A stretch of 64,000 nucleotides of DNA from Longimicrobiales bacterium. Lineage in GTDB: Bacteria > Gemmatimonadota > Gemmatimonadetes > Longimicrobiales > Gaopeijiaceae. A program made the position numbers and the translations under genes. Numbering within the stretch: position 1 is the first letter of the stretch; each line of letters begins with the position of its first letter. This document shows positions 1-8,908 of this stretch, piece after piece. Below the pieces are notes generated by a model, which did no database searches, was not told the origin of the DNA, and was given only the letters and a program-made list of their open reading frames with translations. The stretch spans positions 1,088,001 to 1,152,000 of the forward strand of contig CBDFIQ010000002.1 in NCBI GenBank assembly GCA_965248195.1. The letters run 5' to 3'.

Positions 1-1
1 A

Positions 2-310
2 GACATCGCCCTCTTCTGGGGTGCTGGATACCTCCGTCTTTCGGCGTGGTTCCGGCCTCGCTTCGACGTTCTACAAGTACCGGAGGTGTGGTACGGAATC
101 AGGGTCGTTACGCCACGCTTCGTGTCCGAAGCCCATCGGCTGAATCTAGCCGTCCACGTCTGGGTTGTGGACAACGAGCGGGACATGAGCCGGCTCCTCG
201 CGTGGGGAGTGAACGGCATCCAGACGGATCGGCCGGATGTACTCTCGTGCGTTCTAGCGCAGGAGGCAGGTCGCGCGCTATCCCCTGAATCACCCGGGCC
301 AGACCGTTGA
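2..310 (+). CDS. Glycerophosphodiester phosphodiesterase family protein, C-terminal part (5' end outside window)
   Basis: AHRLNLAVHVWVVD...LLAWGVNGIQTDRP matches the GDPD C-terminal signature. Confidence 0.8.
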   Translation, partial: DIALFWGAGYLRLSAWFRPRFDVLQVPEVWYGIRVVTPRFVSEAHRLNLAVHVWVVDNERDMSRLLAWGVNGIQTDRPDVLSCVLAQEAGRALSPESPGPDR

Positions 311-1704
311 ACGCGTACCTCGGGCTCGCGCACGACTTCACGGGCCACGTCGTGCGGCGTGGGTTCTTTACGGAGGGCGACCGAATCTTGGTTGGCGTTT
401 CCGGGGGAATGGATTCCTTGTCTCTGCTCCATCTTCTGAGGTTCTCCCCAAGGCTGCCCGCCACCGAACTGGTGGTGTGCCATCTCGACCATCGAATGCG
501 CCCCGAGAGCGATGCCGATGCTCTCTGGGTTCGCGGCTGGGCCACGGCGTGGGGCCTCGAGTGCCGACTCGGACGGGCCGAGAGCCGTTTGTCGAGCGAG
601 GAGGAGGCGCGCCAGGCCCGCTACGCGTTTTTCGAGCGGGAGCGGCAGGCGCTAGGAGCAAAATGGGTTCTTACCGCACACCATGCCGACGATCAAGCCG
701 AGACGATCTTGTTTCGTATCGTACGGGGGACCGGGCTGCACGGTCTCGGGGGTATTCCCGAGAAGAGGGCCCCGGGCATCCTTCGCCCGCTCCTTCCGTT
801 CACGCAGGATCGTTTGTCCGAGTACGCGGATGCCGCGGGTATTCGCCCACGGGTAGATACCTCCAACGATGATCCGCGCTTCGCCCGCAACGTGATCCGA
901 AACGAAATCTTGCCTCGTCTCGAATCGGCGGTCGCTCCCGCCGCGCGGCGATCCCTTCTGCGCTTGGGGCGTATCGCGCGTGGAGAGGAGGCCGCGTGGA
1001 GTTCCATTCTCGAAGATTTGATGCGAGGCCTGGTGACCGAGGAGAACGATGTCCGCATCGAAATCGACCGAGTGGCGTTTCTGGGCCACGATGAGGTAGT
1101 GCGGGCTCGAATTATCCGGGAGCTGGCGGGCCGACTGGGCGCCACGCTGGGTGAAGCCGGGACCCGGTCCGCGTTGGCGTTTACGAGCGTCGGTGCCAGC
1201 GGCCACGGGCTCCCGATTTCCGGTACGGTACAGCTGATCCGGTCCTTCGACCGATTGGTCCTCTGCCACACCTCCGAGCCGGGCCTGGACAGGAGCTTCG
1301 ATATCGAGCGTCCTGGGAAGGGGCAGGGGGTCGTCTTGATCGGGGGCCGCGACTGGTCGGTTGTGTGGTCCCTTGAAAGGGGTCCCGTGAGTCCGTGGGT
1401 CGAGAGGTTCTCCGTCTCGGGGCTCGAGTTTCCGGTAACCCTGCGTGGGTGGAGCTCGGGAGATCGCATGAAGCACTCGTATGGATCGAAGAAACTGAAG
1501 AAGATCTTCGGAGAGAAGCGCGTAGCTCTGGAGGAGCGCTCCCGGGTCCCGGTTGTCGTTGACGGCAAAGAAAGGATACTCTGGATCCCGGGCGTGTCCC
1601 GTTCCTCGCTTCTCTTGCCCGGGGCGGAGGATGACGCGCTGATGCTGTCCGTTTCGTCTCCCGTGGTCGAGCCCAACGGTGAGGGCGCGGCGGGCCTTCG
1701 GTGA
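307..1704 (+). CDS. tilS: tRNA(Ile)-lysidine synthetase
   Basis: SGGMDS PP-loop, HLDHRMR, TAHHADDQAET, RNVIRN and C-terminal KKLKKIF motifs; directly upstream of ftsH. Confidence 0.95.
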   Translation: MNAYLGLAHDFTGHVVRRGFFTEGDRILVGVSGGMDSLSLLHLLRFSPRLPATELVVCHLDHRMRPESDADALWVRGWATAWGLECRLGRAESRLSSEEEARQARYAFFERERQALGAKWVLTAHHADDQAETILFRIVRGTGLHGLGGIPEKRAPGILRPLLPFTQDRLSEYADAAGIRPRVDTSNDDPRFARNVIRNEILPRLESAVAPAARRSLLRLGRIARGEEAAWSSILEDLMRGLVTEENDVRIEIDRVAFLGHDEVVRARIIRELAGRLGATLGEAGTRSALAFTSVGASGHGLPISGTVQLIRSFDRLVLCHTSEPGLDRSFDIERPGKGQGVVLIGGRDWSVVWSLERGPVSPWVERFSVSGLEFPVTLRGWSSGDRMKHSYGSKKLKKIFGEKRVALEERSRVPVVVDGKERILWIPGVSRSSLLLPGAEDDALMLSVSSPVVEPNGEGAAGLR

Positions 1705-1785
1705 AACCTTCAGCCGCGTGCATTATATTAAGACCATTGTTAACGTCGGGGAGAACTCCGACGCCGCTTGAGGTGTTATCCAAAT

Positions 1786-3933
1786 ATGGCTGAACAAGAC
1801 CCGCTTCGAACGCCGGACGACGGCTCCAAGATGACTCGTGTCTCCAGGACCGGGGCTTTCTGGCTGCTACTCGTTCTCTTGGCGGCTCTCCTTGTCCAAT
1901 TGACGCGAGGGCAGGAGGACGCCGCAATCGAGTTCACCTATACCGAGTTCAGGACGCAACTCGACGGCGACAATATTCTGGAGGTTACGGTCGTCGAGAG
2001 CAGGCGAATCGAGGGCGAGCTCAGGGCCCCCCGCATGGAGGAGGGCCGCGAATTCCAGCAATTCACGACGATGCTCCCGGGTGAGATCAGCGCTGAGCTT
2101 CTCGCCGACCTGGAGCAGCACGATGTCGAAATCTCAGGTCAGCTGGAGACGCGGGGATGGGGTACGCTCCTCGTGGGATTCCTGCCCTGGGTATTGTTCA
2201 TCGCATTCTGGATCTGGATTTTTCGGACCATGCAGGGTGGGGGCAATCGCGCGTTTCAGTTCGGACGTTCCAAGGCGAAGATGATTTCCCCCGAAGCGCC
2301 CAAGGTGACGTTCGCGGACATTGCCGGCGCGGAGGAGGCCAAGAATGAGCTCGAGGAGGTCATCGATTTCCTCAAGGACCCCCAGCGGTTTTCGCGGCTC
2401 GGGGGCCGTCTGCCCAAGGGTGTTCTCTTGGTGGGCCCTCCCGGAACGGGCAAGACGCTCCTCGCACGGGCTGTCGCCGGAGAGGCGGCCAGGCCGTTCT
2501 TCCAGATGTCGGGTTCGGACTTCGTCGAGATGTTCGTCGGGGTGGGCGCCTCCCGGGTCCGGGACCTCTTCGAGCAAGGGAAGGCGCACGCCCCCTGCAT
2601 CATCTTCATCGACGAGATCGATGCCGTAGGCCGCCACCGCGGAGCGGGCCTGGGTGGCGGGCACGACGAGCGGGAACAGACGCTGAACGCCCTCCTGGTC
2701 GAGATGGACGGCTTCGAGACGAACGAGGGGGTGATTCTACTGGCGGCCACCAACCGGCCGGATGTGCTCGATCCCGCCCTTCTGAGACCGGGCCGCTTCG
2801 ATCGTCAGGTGATCGTGGATTTCCCCGACATTCGGGGGCGGGAAGGGATTCTCCGGGTGCACGCCAAGAAGCTACCCCTCGCTGCGGATGTGGAACTGAA
2901 GGTCGTGGCCAAGGGCACGCCCGGGCTCAGCGGCGCGGATCTCGCGAATATCTGTAACGAAGCCGCTCTCCTGGCGGCTCGGGACGACAGCGCCAAGGTC
3001 GACATGTCTCATTTCGAGGCCGCGAAGGACAAGGTTATGCTCGGCGCTGAGCGGCGGAGCCTGGTTCTGACCGATTCGGAACGCAAGCTAACGGCGTATC
3101 ACGAGGCTGGGCATGCCGTCATCGGGCTGAGGCTGCCGGGGCTCGACCCGCTGCACAAGGTTACGATCGTGCCCAGGGGCAGTGCGCTCGGACTCACGGC
3201 CAGCCTACCACAGGAGGATCGGCACTCGTATACGAAGGAGTGGCTTGAAGGACAACTCGGCATGCTGTTCGGGGGGCGCGTCGCGGAGGAGTTGATCTTC
3301 GGACGCGAGAAGATCACCACGGGGGCGGGGAACGACATCGAGAGGGCGACGGCCATGGCGAGGCAGATGGTGACTCGCTTCGGTATGTCGGACGTGATCG
3401 GACTCATGGCGATCGGACAGGCCGACCAGGAGGTCTTCCTGGGCCGGGAGTTGGTTCAGCGCCGGGAGATCTCGGAGCACACTGCCCAACAGGTGGATCA
3501 GGAAATCAAACGTGTGTTGGATGAGGCCGAGGAGCGCGCTCGCTTGATCGTCACGGAGAACACGGATCTCCTCGAACGCATCGCACAAGGGCTCCTCGAA
3601 CGGGAAACCCTGGACGCTATCGACATCGGCCTCCTGGACGCAGGCGAGGAGCTTCCGCCCCTCCCGACCGAGGACGATGAAGCCGAGGACGGCTCGGAGG
3701 AGTCGGAAGGAGGTCCGGCGGACGGCGGGGAGCTGGAGGCGAACGCAGCGGGCACGGATCTGGACGAGCTGGACGCCGCATCAGTGGATGAGGTGGAAAC
3801 GGAAACGAAAGTACCCACGGCGGTGAAGCTTGGTGACGAGCCGTCCGGTGACGAAGAGACGAGCTCCGGTAAGGCGCGCACTCCCGCAGTGCGACTCAGC
3901 GCCGAGGACCCGGAGGCCGACGCCTCAGGCTAG
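1786..3933 (+). CDS. ftsH: ATP-dependent zinc metalloprotease FtsH with acidic C-terminal tail
   Basis: Two TM helices, [15 protein letters not shown], second region of homology, HEAGH; ATG at 1786 preferred to TTG at 1768. Confidence 0.97.
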   Translation: MAEQDPLRTPDDGSKMTRVSRTGAFWLLLVLLAALLVQLTRGQEDAAIEFTYTEFRTQLDGDNILEVTVVESRRIEGELRAPRMEEGREFQQFTTMLPGEISAELLADLEQHDVEISGQLETRGWGTLLVGFLPWVLFIAFWIWIFRTMQGGGNRAFQFGRSKAKMISPEAPKVTFADIAGAEEAKNELEEVIDFLKDPQRFSRLGGRLPKGVLLVGPPGTGKTLLARAVAGEAARPFFQMSGSDFVEMFVGVGASRVRDLFEQGKAHAPCIIFIDEIDAVGRHRGAGLGGGHDEREQTLNALLVEMDGFETNEGVILLAATNRPDVLDPALLRPGRFDRQVIVDFPDIRGREGILRVHAKKLPLAADVELKVVAKGTPGLSGADLANICNEAALLAARDDSAKVDMSHFEAAKDKVMLGAERRSLVLTDSERKLTAYHEAGHAVIGLRLPGLDPLHKVTIVPRGSALGLTASLPQEDRHSYTKEWLEGQLGMLFGGRVAEELIFGREKITTGAGNDIERATAMARQMVTRFGMSDVIGLMAIGQADQEVFLGRELVQRREISEHTAQQVDQEIKRVLDEAEERARLIVTENTDLLERIAQGLLERETLDAIDIGLLDAGEELPPLPTEDDEAEDGSEESEGGPADGGELEANAAGTDLDELDAASVDEVETETKVPTAVKLGDEPSGDEETSSGKARTPAVRLSAEDPEADASG

Positions 3934-3939
3934 TCCACC

Positions 3940-4740
3940 GTGTCTCAAATCTGGTCCCAGCTCCAGTTCTTAGTGCCCTCATGGCTGGACTTCCTTCAGA
4001 TCGCCTTCGTGGCCTTCCTGCTATTCCGAATCCTACTCATCATTCAACGGACCCGGGCCATGCAGATTCTGCTCGGGGTCCTCGTCATCGCGGCCGCCTA
4101 TTTGATGTCTCAGGTGCTGAGACTGACGCTCATCGAAACGCTGCTCGAATACCTACTGCAATACGGCGCGTTCGCGGCGCTCGTGGTGTTCCAGCCAGAG
4201 CTCCGGACGGCGCTCAGCCGTCTGGGTCAGACCCGACTCCTGCGCATGGTGAGCCCGATGCCGGAGAACCAGCTCATCGACGAGATCGTGCACGCCGTGG
4301 CAGAGCTCGCCCGAAAGAAGACTGGCGCGATCATCGCCCTGGAGCAGGAGGTAGGCCTCGATGAGTACGCGCAGACGGGTAGCCGGGAGCGGGTCGGCGT
4401 TTCGGCGGCGATGCTCCAGACGATCTTTACGCCCGGGACGCCGTTGCACGATGGCGCGGTGATCATCGTGGGGGCCGAAATTCGAGCCGCGGGCGCGATT
4501 CTACCGTTGACGCAGTATGCCGTCTCCGACAAGACGTTGGGCACACGACATCGCGCCGCGATCGGCCTCAGCGAGGAGACCGACGCCCTCGTCATCGTGG
4601 TCAGTGAAGAGTCGGCAAAGATCTCGGTTGCGTTGCAGGGACGCCTCGAGCGGGATGTCGACGTGGCTCGCCTGCGGGAGATTCTCGGTGGAACCCTGCC
4701 CGAGCGCTCCCCCGCTCTTGCGTCGCCCACCCTCGCTTGA
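3940..4740 (+). CDS. cdaA: Diadenylate cyclase CdaA/DacA
   Basis: Three N-terminal TM segments, VFQPELR, LHDGA and GTRHRAA catalytic motifs, VVSEE. Confidence 0.93.
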   Translation: MSQIWSQLQFLVPSWLDFLQIAFVAFLLFRILLIIQRTRAMQILLGVLVIAAAYLMSQVLRLTLIETLLEYLLQYGAFAALVVFQPELRTALSRLGQTRLLRMVSPMPENQLIDEIVHAVAELARKKTGAIIALEQEVGLDEYAQTGSRERVGVSAAMLQTIFTPGTPLHDGAVIIVGAEIRAAGAILPLTQYAVSDKTLGTRHRAAIGLSEETDALVIVVSEESAKISVALQGRLERDVDVARLREILGGTLPERSPALASPTLA

Positions 4741-4900
4741 TGTTGCCCCTCACTCGCTAGATAGCGTAGTGGGGATTTTCGCACTTCTGTTCGCCCCCTA
4801 CTAGGAATTTTGGGGCCGCGACCGTACATTTCCGCCAACTCAATTCTATGGGTCGTCGAAGCATCGGCGATCAGCGGACTGTTTTACGAAGGAGCGGCGC

Positions 4901-5629
4901 TTGGACGCAAGCCAATATCACCTACTGTCGTTGTTCTCCGATGGCGGGTTCATGATGTATCCGCTCGTGCTTTGTTCGCTTATAGCGCTGGGCGTGATCA
5001 TTGCCAAGTCGTGGACGCTATACGTTGCGCATGCGAGCACTCAGGTCGTGCTCGCCGAGGTCGAGGAGGCCGCTTCCGAGGGCCGCATAGCCGACGCTGC
5101 CGAGCTCGCGGCGGCCCGTCCCGGCCCGGCGGCCGCGATTCTTGTGGCTGGGCTGCGCCGCATCGCATCAGGCGAAAAAGGCGAGAAGGAGTTGGCTACG
5201 GCCATTCGCACCACGGGGACGATCGAGCTCGGATTCCTTGAGCGGGGCCTCGTCATTTTGGCCACCGTGGCCAACGTTGCGCCGCTCATGGGCTTCCTGG
5301 GCACCGTTGTCGGAATGATTCTCGCGTTCGCCGCCATCGAGGCCGCCGGCGATGTCGACCCGACGCTCGTGGCCGGTGGGATCAAGGTGGCATTGCTGAC
5401 GACGGCGACTGGGCTTTTGATCGCGATTCCCGTCAATATTGGGTACAACTTCTTCGTTACACGCATCGACGCCCTGATCCTCGACATGGAGCAAGGCGCG
5501 CAGAAGGTCCTCGACCTTGCCTATGGCCGGGGGATTGACCGAACGTTGGCCTCGACCGGGGCTGGCGGTGCGGCGCCATCGGTGAATATTCCGGCCGGAG
5601 ACTCGGGCTCCGGCGAGGCGACAACGTAA
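4901..5629 (+). CDS. exbB: MotA/TolQ/ExbB proton channel protein
   Basis: APLMGFLGTVVGMI, GIKVALLTTATGL. Confidence 0.9.
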   Translation: MDASQYHLLSLFSDGGFMMYPLVLCSLIALGVIIAKSWTLYVAHASTQVVLAEVEEAASEGRIADAAELAAARPGPAAAILVAGLRRIASGEKGEKELATAIRTTGTIELGFLERGLVILATVANVAPLMGFLGTVVGMILAFAAIEAAGDVDPTLVAGGIKVALLTTATGLLIAIPVNIGYNFFVTRIDALILDMEQGAQKVLDLAYGRGIDRTLASTGAGGAAPSVNIPAGDSGSGEATT

Positions 5630-5692
5630 CGCGATTCGAGGAACCTTTCCGGCGGGCAGCCGGTACCTGGGCACTTATGCGAGGGCTACAGA

Positions 5693-6118
5693 ATGGCCGT
5701 ACTGGATAAGAAAAAATCGAAGGTCAGCGACGAGGTCCCGTCCGCGTCGATGGCGGACATCGCGTTCCTGCTTCTGATCTTCTTCCTGGTGACCACGACG
5801 TTCCCGAAGGACAGGGGGCTCGCGATCGTCCTTCCCGAGGAGGGAGGCGAGGTCCAGATCAGTGCGCAGAACATCCTTCACATCATCATTCAGCCCAATG
5901 GGATCGTCGAAGTGAAGCGTGGTGAGAGCCAGCAGGTGCAGAGGGTACCGGCCAACGACATCGAGGCGATTTGGCGACAGGATGTGGCTGCCAACGAGAA
6001 CCTGATCGCCGCGGTGAAGACGCATCCCGATGCGTCCTACAAGTTCATGGTAGACGTGTTGGATGCGCTTCACACAGCCGGTGCTGAGCGTATTTCCTTG
6101 CAACTCTTCGAGGGTTAG
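5693..6118 (+). CDS. exbD: ExbD/TolR biopolymer transporter
   Basis: MADIAFLLLIFFLVTT TM segment with conserved Asp. Confidence 0.9.
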   Translation: MAVLDKKKSKVSDEVPSASMADIAFLLLIFFLVTTTFPKDRGLAIVLPEEGGEVQISAQNILHIIIQPNGIVEVKRGESQQVQRVPANDIEAIWRQDVAANENLIAAVKTHPDASYKFMVDVLDALHTAGAERISLQLFEG

Positions 6119-6123
6119 AGGCC

Positions 6124-6573
6124 ATGCCGATCAAAGGGGGAGGATTCTCGCGGAAGTCCCAGGCGTCTTCAGACGTGCCGAACTCCTCGATGGCCGATAT
6201 CGCTTTCTTACTTCTCATCTTCTTCATGGTGACCACCGTTTTCCAGAAGGACCGGAACCGGCCTATCGTATGGCCGCAGGCGGAGGCCACACAGAAAATC
6301 GATGAGAAACTGAAGAACATTCTCAACGTTTGGGTGCAGCGAGACGGGGACATCTTCATCAACGACCGGCCCTATACACTGGGAGAGGTTTCCAGTGTGG
6401 TAGCCCCGCTCTACGCCGCGTCCGATCGGGCGCTGGTGATCTCGATCCGAGGGGATCGGGAGGTACCGTACAACACGATCGACTTGCTTCAGAAGCAGTT
6501 GGTGGCGGCCGGAGTCGTTCGCGTCGTGTTCGCCACCGAGTTGGAGCAACGCATGACACGGGAGAGACGATGA
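6124..6573 (+). CDS. exbD: ExbD/TolR biopolymer transporter (second paralogue)
   Basis: MADIAFLLLIFFMVTT; IRGDREVPY. Confidence 0.9.
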   Translation: MPIKGGGFSRKSQASSDVPNSSMADIAFLLLIFFMVTTVFQKDRNRPIVWPQAEATQKIDEKLKNILNVWVQRDGDIFINDRPYTLGEVSSVVAPLYAASDRALVISIRGDREVPYNTIDLLQKQLVAAGVVRVVFATELEQRMTRERR

Positions 6574-7259
6574 ACGCGCAAGCCATCCCCGCCGAGGCGG
6601 CGACCGACAAATTCGAGACGGAAAACGACCGATTCAAGCGGTCGTTCGGATCATGGTTTTGGGGCTCGATGATCGCAGCGACGGTCGTCCACTTCATGCT
6701 TTTTCAGTTCTGGCCGACTCAAACGGCGGAGGACGTGTCGTTCACCGCCGAGGAGTTGGAGATGATCGAGCTTCCGCCGGAAATTGAGATCCCGCCGCCG
6801 CCCGACGCGATCTCGCGGCCCGCGACGCCCGTGATGGCTACCGCGGACATCGATGATGATATCACGATTGCCCCGACTACGTTCGCGGACAATCCAGTTG
6901 AAGACCTCCCGCCGCCACCCACCGACGATGGGGTGTCGGATATCTCCGCGGCTCCGGTGTTCACGCCGATGACGGTCCGGCCGGAGATCAGGAACCGGCC
7001 CGAGGTTCAGGCAGCCCTGATGAGGGAGTATCCTCCCATTCTTCGGGATTCCGGAATCGGCGGGACGGTGGTCGTTTGGTTTTTCATTACGGAAGACGGC
7101 ATAGTTCAGGACAAGAGAGTGTCTCAGGGTTCAGGTCAGGCGCAGTTCGACGAGGCGGCCCTCAAGGTCGCGGACGTCTTCAGGTTTACGCCAGCTCTGA
7201 ACCGGGACCAGAGGGTCCAGGTTTGGATTGAGGTGCCGATTACTTTCCAGGTCCTATAG
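6570..7259 (+). CDS. tonB: Energy transducer TonB
   Basis: TM anchor with His, Pro-rich linker, YP...G.V.V.F...F.PA C-terminal domain; ATGA overlap with exbD stop. Confidence 0.88.
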   Translation: MNAQAIPAEAATDKFETENDRFKRSFGSWFWGSMIAATVVHFMLFQFWPTQTAEDVSFTAEELEMIELPPEIEIPPPPDAISRPATPVMATADIDDDITIAPTTFADNPVEDLPPPPTDDGVSDISAAPVFTPMTVRPEIRNRPEVQAALMREYPPILRDSGIGGTVVVWFFITEDGIVQDKRVSQGSGQAQFDEAALKVADVFRFTPALNRDQRVQVWIEVPITFQVL

Positions 7260-7284
7260 CGGCTGGGCCCGACGGTTCTTCGGA

Positions 7285-7322
7285 GACGACCCCGCCGGCG
7301 TGGCCGGTGGGGTCGTTTTTTT
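7285..7322 (+). terminator. Rho-independent terminator after tonB
   Basis: gacgaccccgccggc / gccggtggggtcgtt hairpin followed by a T run. Confidence 0.85.
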
Positions 7323-7355
7323 CGATCCGTACCCCTGCCCGCGCGATGCGATAGA

Positions 7356-8069
7356 ATGATCACCTCCACCTACGATGAGCGGGTCACGGCGTCGCTGCCG
7401 GAGATCCGGGACCGGATCTCCAGCGCGGCGCGGCGTAGCGGGCGTAGCTCGGACGAAGTCACGTTGGTGGCGGTGAGCAAAGCGCATCCCATCGAGGCCG
7501 TTCATGCGGCACTTTCGCATGGTCTGTTCGATTTGGGGGAGAATAGGACGGAGGAGCTCGAATGGAAGCGCGCGGCAGTGGAAGACGGGCGGGCTCAGTG
7601 GCATATGATTGGCCATGTCCAGCGGAGGAAAGCGCCGCGGCTCGTCGGGGTGGCCGATCTGGTCCATTCGATCGATTCCGTCCGGCTTGCCGAGCGGCTC
7701 TCGAACGCGGCCGTCGAGGCGCACAAGGTCGTTTCCGTGCTGGTGCAGGTGAACACATCGGGAGAGGAAAGCAAAGCCGGCTTTCGGGGCGGCGGCCTCA
7801 AGGACGAAATTCTGAAGGTTCTCACTTTACCGGGCGTGGAAGTTCGCGGACTCATGACCATGGCTCCGTTCACGGATGACGAGGCACTGCTTCGGCGAAC
7901 CTTCGAGGGTGTCCGGATCCTCCATGAGGAGCTTCGGGCGGTCGAGGGGTATTGTGGGGACCATCTTTCAATGGGTATGACGAACGATTTCGAGATTGCT
8001 ATCGAGGAGGGCAGCACAATGATTCGGATCGGCACCGCTCTTTTCGGGACACGAATGCTCCATGATTGA
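7356..8069 (+). CDS. yggS: PLP homeostasis protein YggS
   Basis: LVAVSK, GENR, WHMIGHVQ, LSMGMTND, IRIGTALFG. Confidence 0.95.
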   Translation: MITSTYDERVTASLPEIRDRISSAARRSGRSSDEVTLVAVSKAHPIEAVHAALSHGLFDLGENRTEELEWKRAAVEDGRAQWHMIGHVQRRKAPRLVGVADLVHSIDSVRLAERLSNAAVEAHKVVSVLVQVNTSGEESKAGFRGGGLKDEILKVLTLPGVEVRGLMTMAPFTDDEALLRRTFEGVRILHEELRAVEGYCGDHLSMGMTNDFEIAIEEGSTMIRIGTALFGTRMLHD

Positions 8070-8898
8070 CCTCACGCCGTTGGACGTGCGGAAGAAGCGG
8101 GGAGATTTCGGCAAGGGCCTTCGGGGTTACGACCCGCCGGAGGTCGACGGATTCCTCGAGTTGGTCGCTGAGCGGATGGAGGAGTTGGTGAAAGAAAACC
8201 TCACTTTCCGAAAAAAAATAGAACAGTTGGGAGAACAGGTCGTCGTACAGGAGGGGCGTGAACAGGCGGTTCGGGAGGCATTGGTGACCGCGCAGGAGCT
8301 CCGCCAGGATGTGGAAAAGCAGGCCCGCCGAGAAGCGAAGCTCCTAGAACGGGAAGCACGAGGGCGTATTGAGGGAATGATCCTGAAATCCGAGAAACTC
8401 CTCACGGAGCACCGCGCCGCTCTGCAGGAGTCGGAGCGCCAACGCGAGCGTTTCTTGAAGTCTTTTCGGATCTTCCTGGAGCGTGAACTGGACACGATCG
8501 AGGTTGAGCTTGGCAGAGCCCCGCTCGAAGATGTCACGCTTGAGTTCGAACTCGGAAAAGCGAGCTGGTCGATCGGGGAAGACGACCAAGAAGAAGAAGA
8601 CGACGACGCGGGCGGAGTTGAGGACGTGTCTGCGTCGGAATCGCCGGAGACCGCGGAGGGTGCGGAGACCGCGCAGGGGGCGGAGACCGCGGGGGGGGCG
8701 GAGACCGCGCAGGGGGCGGTCGTCGCTGACGACCTGCCAGTCGCCGGATCGGCTTTCCCGCAGGAGGAGGATGGGGCGACGGAGGCTGAAGGGCAGCGAC
8801 TCCCCGAAGGGCAGGAGGGTGCGGACTCGCTGTGGCTATCTTCCATAATGAGAGATCAGGAGGAGGAGGAGGAGGAGGAGGAGGAGGACGCCAAGTGA
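8062..8898 (+). CDS. divIVA: DivIVA domain protein with acidic repeat tail
   Basis: LTPLDV...F...RGY...EVD.FL N-terminus, coiled coil; follows yggS. Confidence 0.85.
   Translation: MIDLTPLDVRKKRGDFGKGLRGYDPPEVDGFLELVAERMEELVKENLTFRKKIEQLGEQVVVQEGREQAVREALVTAQELRQDVEKQARREAKLLEREARGRIEGMILKSEKLLTEHRAALQESERQRERFLKSFRIFLERELDTIEVELGRAPLEDVTLEFELGKASWSIGEDDQEEEDDDAGGVEDVSASESPETAEGAETAQGAETAGGAETAQGAVVADDLPVAGSAFPQEEDGATEAEGQRLPEGQEGADSLWLSSIMRDQEEEEEEEEEDAK
8647..8718 (+). repeat. 4 x 18-bp tandem repeat (ETA[E/Q/G]GA) within divIVA; (GAG)9 at 8860-8886
   Basis: gagaccgcg-NNg-ggNgcg units read directly. Confidence 0.9.
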
Positions 8899-8908
8899 CG
8901 GCCGTGAC

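Noticed and set aside
3660..3930. Acidic FtsH tail as a novel domain
   Set aside because: Low-complexity disordered tails are common in FtsH.
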